From positions 9,794-73,793 of the forward strand of contig CANPZG010000002.1 in NCBI GenBank assembly GCA_947588765.1: a stretch of 64,000 nucleotides of DNA, in the 5' to 3' direction. The translations under genes and the position numbers were made by a program. The stretch comes from an uncultured Bacilli bacterium. Lineage in GTDB: Bacteria; Bacillota_I; Bacilli_A; RF39; UBA660. How positions within the stretch are numbered: position 1 is the stretch's first letter; each line of letters starts with the position of its first letter. Positions 46,737 through 55,004 of this stretch are shown in pieces. The notes below the pieces were generated by a model. That model did not search any database. It had not been told where the DNA came from and saw nothing but the letters and a program-made list of their open reading frames with translations.

Positions 46737-46808
46737 TTAAAGAATATTTTCTCTTTGATTATTTTTTTGTTAGAAAAACTTTCCTAGTGGATTTAGGAAA
46801 GTGTTCTT

Positions 46809-47648
46809 TTACATTAATTTTTGAACTTGAGCCTCTGATAAGTTGGTTACTTCAACAATTTTATCTATTGGTAAATTAATTTTTAGTAAATTTTTAGCCA
46901 TTTCTATTTGTTTCTTTTTCATACCTTGTTTCATGCCTTTTTCATAACCTTCCAATCTAAATGAATTGGCTAAAAGTTTATTATCTTCTTCATAATCCCA
47001 ATTAAATTTAAAGTTACTATTCATTTTATTCATTGCTTTTTCATAATCCATTATAATATCATCATCCTTTCTTTCTTTTCTTAAAATTTTTAATTCTTCT
47101 TTTTCTAAACATAGCATTAGAACATAAATATATTCATTTACTTTTTCATCTTTAGCATACCATAGTTTCTTTAAATAGTCCATATTTATTTCCACAATTT
47201 GTAAATTATCAATATACTTTTGATTTATATGGCTATCTTGCATAAAATAATCATATCTTTTTATTGTTCCACCATGTCTATAATTTAAATTTATTTGATA
47301 AAATTTCTTTTCATTATTATAAAAAGTGTTATTACCCGTGAACTGATTATAGAAAGTAGTAATATATTTAAAATTTCTTTTTTTAATAATTCTATTGATA
47401 TTACTATTTACTTCGATATTAACATATGCATCAACAGTTTCAACCAAAATATCCATTATCTTAACTCTTTCTTTCGTATTTTTAACTTTATTTTCGGTGG
47501 ATAGGTTATTTATAACTTCTTCTTTTGTGCCTATTATCTCACTTAATAAAGCATTTAAAAATAGATAATTATTACTTAACATAATACTTTTAAATACTTT
47601 ATCATACTTACAAGACAGCCATTTGTCTTCATTTTTTATTGGAACCAT
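46809..47648 (-). CDS. Rpn-family PD-(D/E)XK recombination-promoting nuclease / putative transposase
   Basis: KYDKVFKSIM..., MDILVE...YVNIEVN core and a C-terminal helical repeat (IEMAKNLLKINLPIDKIVEVTNLS). ATG 47648 sits behind GGGAGG. Confidence 0.75.
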   Translation of the reverse strand: MVPIKNEDKWLSCKYDKVFKSIMLSNNYLFLNALLSEIIGTKEEVINNLSTENKVKNTKERVKIMDILVETVDAYVNIEVNSNINRIIKKRNFKYITTFYNQFTGNNTFYNNEKKFYQINLNYRHGGTIKRYDYFMQDSHINQKYIDNLQIVEINMDYLKKLWYAKDEKVNEYIYVLMLCLEKEELKILRKERKDDDIIMDYEKAMNKMNSNFKFNWDYEEDNKLLANSFRLEGYEKGMKQGMKKKQIEMAKNLLKINLPIDKIVEVTNLSEAQVQKLM

Positions 47649-47858
47649 AAAACCTCCCTTCACTTATATATATATCCCCTTACCCCCAGATTTCCTTTTT
47701 TTTAAGATAAATTTTTTAAATTTGTTAAAAAATTTGTCGAAATGTATCTAAATGCCTCAAAAAAAGACAAACTTTGGTGAATGATTTTTCTTGACTTTTA
47801 TTAATAGCTATAACTTATAGTTTTAAAACTAAAGCATATAATTAGTTAGGGTGAAATT

Positions 47859-48104
47859 ATGCATATAAGAGAAAACCTAACTAATTTTTTATATGATAAA
47901 AATTATTTTATAAGTATATATGATAATTATATTTATGTTTATAATTATTTTGATTTATTACTATTAACAGATATAAAAATAGTTTTAAAATTAGAAAAAT
48001 TTAATTTAACTATCAATGGCGAAAATTTATATATTTCCAAACTTTTACCTAAAGAAATACTCATTAAAGGTAAAATAATAAATATAGGTATTGATTATGA
48101 ATAA
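47859..48104 (+). CDS. yqfC: Sporulation protein YqfC (YabP family)
   Basis: 81 aa. Pattern ...KIVLKLEKFNLTINGENLYISKL..EILIKGKI. Followed by yqfD. Confidence 0.75.
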   Translation: MHIRENLTNFLYDKNYFISIYDNYIYVYNYFDLLLLTDIKIVLKLEKFNLTINGENLYISKLLPKEILIKGKIINIGIDYE

Positions 48105-49284
48105 ACATTATATTTGGGTTAAAAGTAAATGTTTAGATTATTATAAATTTGTTAATCGTTTAGCTAAATTAAATTTAAAAATATATAATATTAAATATGT
48201 TAATAAAGAAATTTATTTAAAAATAGAGGAAGATACTTTAGCTAAATTAAATAAATATTTAGTTAGTTATAAATTTAAAGTAGTTAAAGAATTAGGTATT
48301 TATAATTTTAAAAATAGTTTAATCAAATATAAAGAATTATTAATTTGTTTAGTTATTGGCCTTGTTTTATTATTTATTTGTACTAATTTAGTAGTGGAAG
48401 TAAATATTATTCATGAAAATAAAGAAATTAGAGAACTTTTAATGGATGAATTAGAAAGTGTAGGGATTAAAACTTTATCCTTTAAAAAAAGTTATAACGA
48501 ATTACAAAAAATAAAAGAAAATATTTTAGAAAAATATCCGACTAAAATAGATTGGTTAGAGTTTGAAACCGATGGGATGATTTTAAATGTTAAAGTGGAA
48601 GAAAGAATAATTACGGATACGACGAAAGATAATAAAAAATGTAATATTATTGCGAAAAAAGAAGGAACGATATCATCATTGCTAGTATCAAATGGCGAAG
48701 CTTTAGTTCGACCTAATGACCTAGTTAAAAAAGGTGATGTTTTAATAAGTGGGATTGTTACTTACAATAATGAAGAAAAAATGCGGGTATGTGCGAAGGG
48801 GGAAGTTTTTGCTCATACTTGGTATACTATCAAGGTGAGTATTCCCTTTGAATATAATGAATACACTTTAACGGGTAAAAAGAAATATAATCTTATTTGG
48901 TCTAATAAAGGTAATAAGACAAGAATATTTAAAGACCGTTTCTCAAGTTTTGAAAGTAAAGATAAACTTTTACTTAAAGCCTTTGACTATGAATTACTTT
49001 TAGAAACGGAATATGAAAATAATAAACAAACCTTAACATTTACCGAAGAAGAGGCCTTAAATGAAGGAATTAATAAGGGAATAGAAAATCTAAAAACTAA
49101 ATTAGGTGAAAAAGATACCATAATTGATAAAAAAGTTTTGAAAAAAGTAGTAAATGATAGTACAATGGATATAGAAATATTTATAGTAGTAAACGAGCTT
49201 ATTAGTGAAGAACAAATCATAGCAAATGAAGCAGAAAGGATTGATGAAAGTGATATGGGAAACAATCAAAACAACACTGAATGA
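48091..49284 (+). CDS. yqfD: Sporulation protein YqfD
   Basis: 397 aa with one central TM. Size and position match YqfD; overlaps the yqfC 3' end. Confidence 0.75.
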   Translation: MIMNKHYIWVKSKCLDYYKFVNRLAKLNLKIYNIKYVNKEIYLKIEEDTLAKLNKYLVSYKFKVVKELGIYNFKNSLIKYKELLICLVIGLVLLFICTNLVVEVNIIHENKEIRELLMDELESVGIKTLSFKKSYNELQKIKENILEKYPTKIDWLEFETDGMILNVKVEERIITDTTKDNKKCNIIAKKEGTISSLLVSNGEALVRPNDLVKKGDVLISGIVTYNNEEKMRVCAKGEVFAHTWYTIKVSIPFEYNEYTLTGKKKYNLIWSNKGNKTRIFKDRFSSFESKDKLLLKAFDYELLLETEYENNKQTLTFTEEEALNEGINKGIENLKTKLGEKDTIIDKKVLKKVVNDSTMDIEIFIVVNELISEEQIIANEAERIDESDMGNNQNNTE

Positions 49285-49870
49285 TAATTGGCCAGTCTTA
49301 ACAATTTTCTTAGTAACAATGATATCTTTAAGATTCTTTTATTATCGTCATAATCGCGAAAAGATGTATTTATATAAAGAATTATTTAATGTTTTATCTA
49401 TTATTTATATCTTTTTATTATTCCAATTATTAACTAAAGTTGAATTAAATACTTCATCGGGTGTTAATCTAGTTCCTTTCACCGAAATTATAAGATATGA
49501 GTTTGGCAGTAAATTATTTTATTACAATGTTATTGGTAATATTATTTTATTTATGCCTTTTGGTTATTGTATTGCCGATTATGTGAAATCGAAAAATATT
49601 TTTCCAGCTTTAATTATTAGTGCGATTGTAAGTACTACAGTTGAGGTTATTCAATTAAAAATTGGTCGTTCCTTTGATATTGATGATATTATTTTAAATG
49701 TTCTTGGAGGTATCGTCGGTTATTTAGTATATATTGCTTGGGAAGCTATTAAAAGTCACTTACCAAGAATTTTTCGCAGTGATGGCTTATATAACTTTTT
49801 AGCCTTAATAGTTATTGTAATCATTATTTGGTATATTTTAGTTTCTTTGAAAGTGGTGCCTAATCTATGA
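49244..49870 (+). CDS. VanZ-family membrane protein
   Basis: LVPFTEI...NVIGNIILFMPFGY...DIDDIILNVLGG is the VanZ-like pattern. Start uncertain (49226 or 49244). Confidence 0.7.
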   Translation: MKVIWETIKTTLNDNWPVLTIFLVTMISLRFFYYRHNREKMYLYKELFNVLSIIYIFLLFQLLTKVELNTSSGVNLVPFTEIIRYEFGSKLFYYNVIGNIILFMPFGYCIADYVKSKNIFPALIISAIVSTTVEVIQLKIGRSFDIDDIILNVLGGIVGYLVYIAWEAIKSHLPRIFRSDGLYNFLALIVIVIIIWYILVSLKVVPNL

Positions 49871-50313
49871 ATAAGTTTGAAATAATTGATGAATATGGTT
49901 ATAAAGATTATAAATATTTAAATAAAATAATAAAGCGAACTTTAAAAATGGAGAAAGTTAAATCTTCATTCTTTAGTATTGTCTTTATTGACGATGAAAA
50001 AATGCATCAAATGAATTTAGAGTATCGGAAAATTGATCGAACAACGGATGTTTTATCTTTTGCATTTGAAGATAATGAAAAAATGCGTTATAATATTCGC
50101 CAATTGGGAGAAATATATATTTCGATACCCAAAATGAAGGAACAAGCTAAAGAATATGGTCATAGTGAAAAAAGAGAACTTGCCTTTTTAACTGTCCATG
50201 GAATATTACATTTATTAGGTTATGATCATACTTTAGGCGAAAAAGAAGAAAAAGAAATGTTTGCAAAGCAGGAGTTGGTATTAAATGGATTTAAAGAAAC
50301 GAAAAGAAAATAA
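49867..50313 (+). CDS. ybeY: rRNA maturation endoribonuclease YbeY
   Basis: TDVLSF and the HGILHLLGYDH zinc motif. Confidence 0.93.
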   Translation: MNKFEIIDEYGYKDYKYLNKIIKRTLKMEKVKSSFFSIVFIDDEKMHQMNLEYRKIDRTTDVLSFAFEDNEKMRYNIRQLGEIYISIPKMKEQAKEYGHSEKRELAFLTVHGILHLLGYDHTLGEKEEKEMFAKQELVLNGFKETKRK

Positions 50314-50683
50314 GAAATTAGGAATTAAAAGGTTTTTTAATAGTATTAAATATACGATAGATGGCCTAGCTTATGCTTATCAAAATGAACAAAGTTTAAT
50401 TATTCATGGGGTAGGGACAATTTTAATTATTGTTTTAGCCTTAATTTTTCAAGTTACTTTTGTGCAATGGGCCGTTTTAATTATTGCTTCCATTAGTGTT
50501 ATGGCAATTGAACTACTTAATACCGCGATTGAAGCCGTGGTTGATTTAGTAACGGATAAATATCACCCTTTAGCTAAAATTGCTAAAGATTGTGGTTCGG
50601 CTGCCGGGGGCGTAATGGGCGTTATGCAAGCAGTTATTGCTTTAGTTATCTTTATGCCTTATATTATTAATTTATTTAAGTAG
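50285..50683 (+). CDS. dgkA: Diacylglycerol/undecaprenol kinase
   Basis: 132 aa, 3 TM. AYQNEQS, ELLNTAIEAVVD and AKDCGSAA motifs. Confidence 0.9.
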   Translation: MDLKKRKENKKLGIKRFFNSIKYTIDGLAYAYQNEQSLIIHGVGTILIIVLALIFQVTFVQWAVLIIASISVMAIELLNTAIEAVVDLVTDKYHPLAKIAKDCGSAAGGVMGVMQAVIALVIFMPYIINLFK

Positions 50684-50689
50684 GTTAAT

Positions 50690-51580
50690 ATGAGAAGTGG
50701 TTTTGTAAGTATAATTGGTCGACCTAATGTGGGTAAAAGTACCTTAATTAATTCTTTAATTAAAGAAAAAGTAGCGATTACTTCTGATAAAAGCGGGACA
50801 ACGCGTAATATTATTCAAGGCATATATAACGATGATGATTATCAAATTGTTTTAGTGGATACTCCAGGTATTCATAAACCTATGGGTAAATTTGGTAAAG
50901 TTTTAAATAAACAAGCTTTAGCTTTAACTAAAGACGTAGATTTAATTTTATTTATGGTTGATATTGCTTCCGGCATTGGCAAGGGTGATGAATATATCTT
51001 AAATTTACTAAAAAAGGAAAAGGTTCCCGTTATTTTAGTAATGAATAAAATAGATAAATTAAGTAAAGAAAAGATATTGACAGCTATTGATGAATATAAA
51101 GATATTTATCCTTTCGTCGAAATTGTGCCTATTTCTGCCTTACATAGTGATAATACTTCTCATTTAATAGATGTAATTAAAAAATATATGAAGGATGAAG
51201 TCTTGTATTTTCCTAAAGATATGTATACGAGTAGTTCTAAAAATTTTATGATTAGTGAAATCGTGAGAGAAAAATTATTGTCTGTTACCGAAGATGAAGT
51301 TCCTCATAGTATTACTTGTTTTACCACTCTTTTTGACGAAAAAACAAATATCATTAATATAAATGTCGATATTATAGTGGACCGGGATTCCCTAAAAAAG
51401 ATTATCATTGGGAAAAATGGTAGTCGTTTAAAAATAGTAGGAACTTTATCACGCATGGAAATAGAAAAAATGCTTGATAAAAAAGTTTATTTAGAGTTAT
51501 ACGTTAAAACTATCAAAAATTGGAAAGAAAAAGAAAAATATTTAATTGAATTAGGTTTTATTGATAAATTTGAAAAATAA
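50690..51580 (+). CDS. era: GTPase Era
   Basis: GRPNVGKSTL, DTPGIH, NKIDK and a C-terminal KH domain. Confidence 0.96.
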   Translation: MRSGFVSIIGRPNVGKSTLINSLIKEKVAITSDKSGTTRNIIQGIYNDDDYQIVLVDTPGIHKPMGKFGKVLNKQALALTKDVDLILFMVDIASGIGKGDEYILNLLKKEKVPVILVMNKIDKLSKEKILTAIDEYKDIYPFVEIVPISALHSDNTSHLIDVIKKYMKDEVLYFPKDMYTSSSKNFMISEIVREKLLSVTEDEVPHSITCFTTLFDEKTNIININVDIIVDRDSLKKIIIGKNGSRLKIVGTLSRMEIEKMLDKKVYLELYVKTIKNWKEKEKYLIELGFIDKFEK

Positions 51581-51637
51581 TCTTTACTTTGAATAAAAAT
51601 TTAAAATTATTCTCATTATAATTTTAGGTGAGGAAAA

Positions 51638-51724
51638 ATGAAAAAAAATAAATTATGGGAAAATTTTAAAAAATCGGGTAAAGTAGAAGATTATTTAAAA
51701 TATAAACAAAGTAAAGAAGGTTAG
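51638..51724 (+). CDS. yqzL: YqzL-like small protein (28 aa)
   Basis: Not in the ORF track. MKKNKLWENFKKSGKVEDYLKYKQSKEG sits behind AGGTGAGG between era and recO, as B. subtilis yqzL does. Shows the W..F..(S/T)G.(I/V)E.YL pattern. Confidence 0.6.
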   Translation: MKKNKLWENFKKSGKVEDYLKYKQSKEG

Positions 51725-51725
51725 T

Positions 51726-52457
51726 ATGTTAAAAGAAGTTGAAGGTTTTATTTTTAAGGAAACACCCTATGGTGAAACTAGTAAAATAATTAGTGTTTTT
51801 ACCAAAGAATACGGTTTAATTAGCATTATGTGTAAAGGTGCTAAATCCATTAAAAGTAAAGATAGAGCCTTAACTTTAAGATTTACTTATGCAAAATTTA
51901 ATATTTATTACAAAGAAAACAAACTTTCTTTATTTAAAAGTGCAGATATTATTAGACCTTTAAAAAATATTAATAGTGATATCATTTTAATTAGTTATTT
52001 ATCTTATTTAGTAGATTTAACTACCCAAGTATTAAAACAAAGTAATGATGAAACTATTTATGAAGATTTTATTAATACGGTTTTAAAACTTGAAGATGGT
52101 TTAGATCCATTAGTCCTTATGAATATTCTAGAATTAAAATTTTTAGATTATTTAGGGGTAGGTATTAATTTAAATGAATGTATTATTTGTGGTAGTAAAA
52201 CAAATATTGCAACTATTGATGGGGATAAAGGTGGATACATTTGTTTAAATTGTTTAACCGATGAAAGAATAGTTGCTAAAAAAGTAATTCAAATGCTTAG
52301 AATGTATTATTATGTAAATATTAAAAGTATTTCTAAATTAGATATTGATGAAGATACTAAAAATGAAATTAATTTCTTTTTAGATATGTATTATGAAAGA
52401 TATACTGGTCTATATTTAAAAAGTAAAGATTTTTTAAAGAATTTAGCTTCTTTATAA
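51726..52457 (+). CDS. recO: DNA repair protein RecO
   Basis: 243 aa. N-terminal OB (GFIFKETPYGETSKII) and zinc motif CIICGS...CLNC. Confidence 0.9.
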   Translation: MLKEVEGFIFKETPYGETSKIISVFTKEYGLISIMCKGAKSIKSKDRALTLRFTYAKFNIYYKENKLSLFKSADIIRPLKNINSDIILISYLSYLVDLTTQVLKQSNDETIYEDFINTVLKLEDGLDPLVLMNILELKFLDYLGVGINLNECIICGSKTNIATIDGDKGGYICLNCLTDERIVAKKVIQMLRMYYYVNIKSISKLDIDEDTKNEINFFLDMYYERYTGLYLKSKDFLKNLASL

Positions 52458-52522
52458 ATCTTTTTTATTGCAATAAATTTCTTTTTCTTTTATAATAATT
52501 TTTTATAAAGGAAGTGTAATGT

Positions 52523-53653
52523 ATGAATTTAAAAAATATTAATTTATATAAATTAAGAACTCTATTAGAAAAAAATAACAATTATGTTGAACTTAATAAT
52601 TTAGTTACAGAAGTATTAACTGATATTTATGGGAATAATACCAAAATTGATTACAATTTTTTTCATGATTTAAAAATTAGTGATAGTAATATTAAATTTC
52701 TTCTTGATTTAGAACGGCAAAGTAAAAATGATAGTGAGAGATTAAAAGTTAAAAAAATATTTTTAACTTTAGCCATTAGTGGGGCTCAACCTAATGAATT
52801 ATTTGTGAAATATGCTAAAGAAAATTCCCAAGATTTAGAAATTCTTTCAACTTTGTTTGTTCGCGATTTAGTCACTCTAGAGGAAATAAATGAGGCAATA
52901 AATTCTACGGATAGTATTGCTAAAATATGTTTTGAAGTTCTAGAAACTGGTCTTAAAAAATTTGATTTAAATGTTGTAAAGGAAAGAATAATTTATTTAT
53001 TAAAAAATGGAAATGTGACGGCTCAAGATTATAAATATCTTTTTAAGTTTTTAAAAGAAAATGAAGATAAAGATATTGATATTATTGATGAAGTAATAAA
53101 TAAAAAAGAAGCTTATCCATATTTATATAATTATTTCAAATATGTATTTACAATTTATACAGGAAAAATTAATTTTGATGAAAATCTTAAATATATTGAA
53201 CCTACATCTAAAAAAATGGTATATTGTTTAAACGAATATCCAATGTTATATAAACTTTATAATTTATTTGTTTATCAAAGAGAAGATAAAACAATAAAAT
53301 ATTCTTTTAATAAATTTAAATGTAGTGAATATAGAGAAATAGATGATCTAATTCTTTTAATTGAAAAATTAGAAAGAGAAATTTTAACAGGTATAAAAAA
53401 TGGGGTAGTAACTGATGTAGCCTTATTTTTAGAAATATTTAATAATCATAATGATAAAGCAACATTTGATGAAATAAAAACAGAAATTATGAATGCTTGG
53501 ATTAATAATGAAAATATGATAGCTTATGAAAAATATAAATATTTAATATTTAGAGATTATTTAAATTATTATGATAGTTTTACTAAAAAAATAGATGAAA
53601 CTTATGAAGAAGAAATAGAGACTCTAAAAAGAAAAAAGATTAATATTAATTGA
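52523..53653 (+). CDS. Hypothetical protein (376 aa)
   Basis: Clean ORF behind AAGGAAG. No motif recognised. Confidence 0.55.
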   Translation: MNLKNINLYKLRTLLEKNNNYVELNNLVTEVLTDIYGNNTKIDYNFFHDLKISDSNIKFLLDLERQSKNDSERLKVKKIFLTLAISGAQPNELFVKYAKENSQDLEILSTLFVRDLVTLEEINEAINSTDSIAKICFEVLETGLKKFDLNVVKERIIYLLKNGNVTAQDYKYLFKFLKENEDKDIDIIDEVINKKEAYPYLYNYFKYVFTIYTGKINFDENLKYIEPTSKKMVYCLNEYPMLYKLYNLFVYQREDKTIKYSFNKFKCSEYREIDDLILLIEKLEREILTGIKNGVVTDVALFLEIFNNHNDKATFDEIKTEIMNAWINNENMIAYEKYKYLIFRDYLNYYDSFTKKIDETYEEEIETLKRKKININ

Positions 53654-53705
53654 CATATTCTAAAAAAAGGTTATATTATAGATACATAAGAAATTATGTT
53701 AAAAA

Positions 53706-53770
53706 GTGGTGTTTCCCGGCCATATACTAGGGACCTAAAAAAGCTAGAGATTTTCTCTAGTTTTGTTTTG
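53706..53770 (+). ncRNA. Orphan ToxI-like single repeat plus hairpin terminator with its own promoter-like element
   Basis: GTGGTGTTTCCCGGCCATATACTAGGGACCTAAAAAA (53706-53742) aligns with toxI unit 3. Followed by hairpin CTAGAGA (53744-53750) / TCTCTAG (53754-53760) and TTTTGTTTT. TTGACA at 53650-53655 lies upstream. Confidence 0.55.
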
Positions 53771-53827
53771 GTATCTTGCAATAACTTTCAATTTATTTTA
53801 TAATTCTCTTATAAAGAGGTAGTAAAA

Positions 53828-54706
53828 ATGATTATAGGTTCACATGTTAATTTTGGGGTTAATCAATTATTAGGTTCAACAGAACAAGCTTTAAGTTATG
53901 GTGCTAATACTTTTATGTTTTATACGGGAGCACCTCAAAATACAATAAGAAAAGAAATTGATATGAATTTAACTAATGAAGCATTAAATTTAATGATAAA
54001 TAAAGGAATTGATATTAATAAAGTTATTTGTCATGCTCCATATATCATTAATTTAGGTAATAAAGAAAAGCCAGAAGCTTGGGATTTTTCCGTTAATTTT
54101 TTAAAAAGGGAAATAGATCGAATAGAGAAGTTACATGTTAAATATATGGTTTTACATCCCGGCAATTATTTAAAACAAGAAGTTTCCGTGGCTTTAGACA
54201 ATATCGTAGAAGGATTAAATAAGATATTAGAACATAATGATAAAGTTATGATATTACTTGAAACTATGGCCGGCAAAGGAACAGAATGTGGAAGAAGTAT
54301 GGATGAAATAAAATATATTATTGACCATGTAATAAAGAATGATAGTGTTGGTGTTTGTCTTGATACATGCCACTTAAATGATTCTGGAGTTGACATTGCT
54401 AATTTTGATTCCTATCTAGAGGACTTTAATCAAAAAATCGGCATTGAGAAAATAAAATGTGTGCATGTTAATGATAGTAAAAATGAACTTGGTTCTCATA
54501 AAGATCGGCATGAAAATATTGGCCTAGGTACGATTGGTTTTGATAACTTAATGAATGTTATAAATAATGAAAAATTAAAAGATGTTCCTAAAATATTAGA
54601 AACACCTTATGTTGGTGATAAAGCACCATATAAATATGAAATAGCAATGATTAAAAACAATACCTTTAATTCTCATTTAATTGAAGATATAACTAAAGAA
54701 ATCTAG
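53828..54706 (+). CDS. nfo: Endonuclease IV
   Basis: IGSHV, HAPYIINL, VLHPG, LETMAGKG, CLDTCH and HVNDSK motifs. Own promoter: TTGCAA (53776-53781), 17 nt, TATAAT (53799-53804). Confidence 0.95.
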   Translation: MIIGSHVNFGVNQLLGSTEQALSYGANTFMFYTGAPQNTIRKEIDMNLTNEALNLMINKGIDINKVICHAPYIINLGNKEKPEAWDFSVNFLKREIDRIEKLHVKYMVLHPGNYLKQEVSVALDNIVEGLNKILEHNDKVMILLETMAGKGTECGRSMDEIKYIIDHVIKNDSVGVCLDTCHLNDSGVDIANFDSYLEDFNQKIGIEKIKCVHVNDSKNELGSHKDRHENIGLGTIGFDNLMNVINNEKLKDVPKILETPYVGDKAPYKYEIAMIKNNTFNSHLIEDITKEI

Positions 54707-54953
54707 CAAATTTTTGATAATATTCTTGATATACCCGTTTTATCTTTTCAAAATTCTCGGGACTATAATTACTTTTATATCTATTTATATCAAAAACACT
54801 GGGGTTTCCTAAAATATCGCGCCAATTTTTCTTAATAAATAGATAGGTAAAATTTAACTCTTCTTGCGATAAAGTACAATTTTTACTTAAAGCAAAATTA
54901 TTAACATCTTCAATAGTTAATCTATTCATATATTTTTCAATTATACTAAACAT
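54693..54953 (-). CDS. DUF2624 / YqfT-like small protein
   Basis: Start moved to 54953, behind AGGTGG. 86 aa. Convergent with nfo, as yqfT is in Bacillus. Confidence 0.6.
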   Translation of the reverse strand: MFSIIEKYMNRLTIEDVNNFALSKNCTLSQEELNFTYLFIKKNWRDILGNPSVFDINRYKSNYSPENFEKIKRVYQEYYQKFARFL

Positions 54954-55004
54954 AATACCACCTAATATATTGTATGAAATAATAAAAAAAGAAAATACTA
55001 AATA

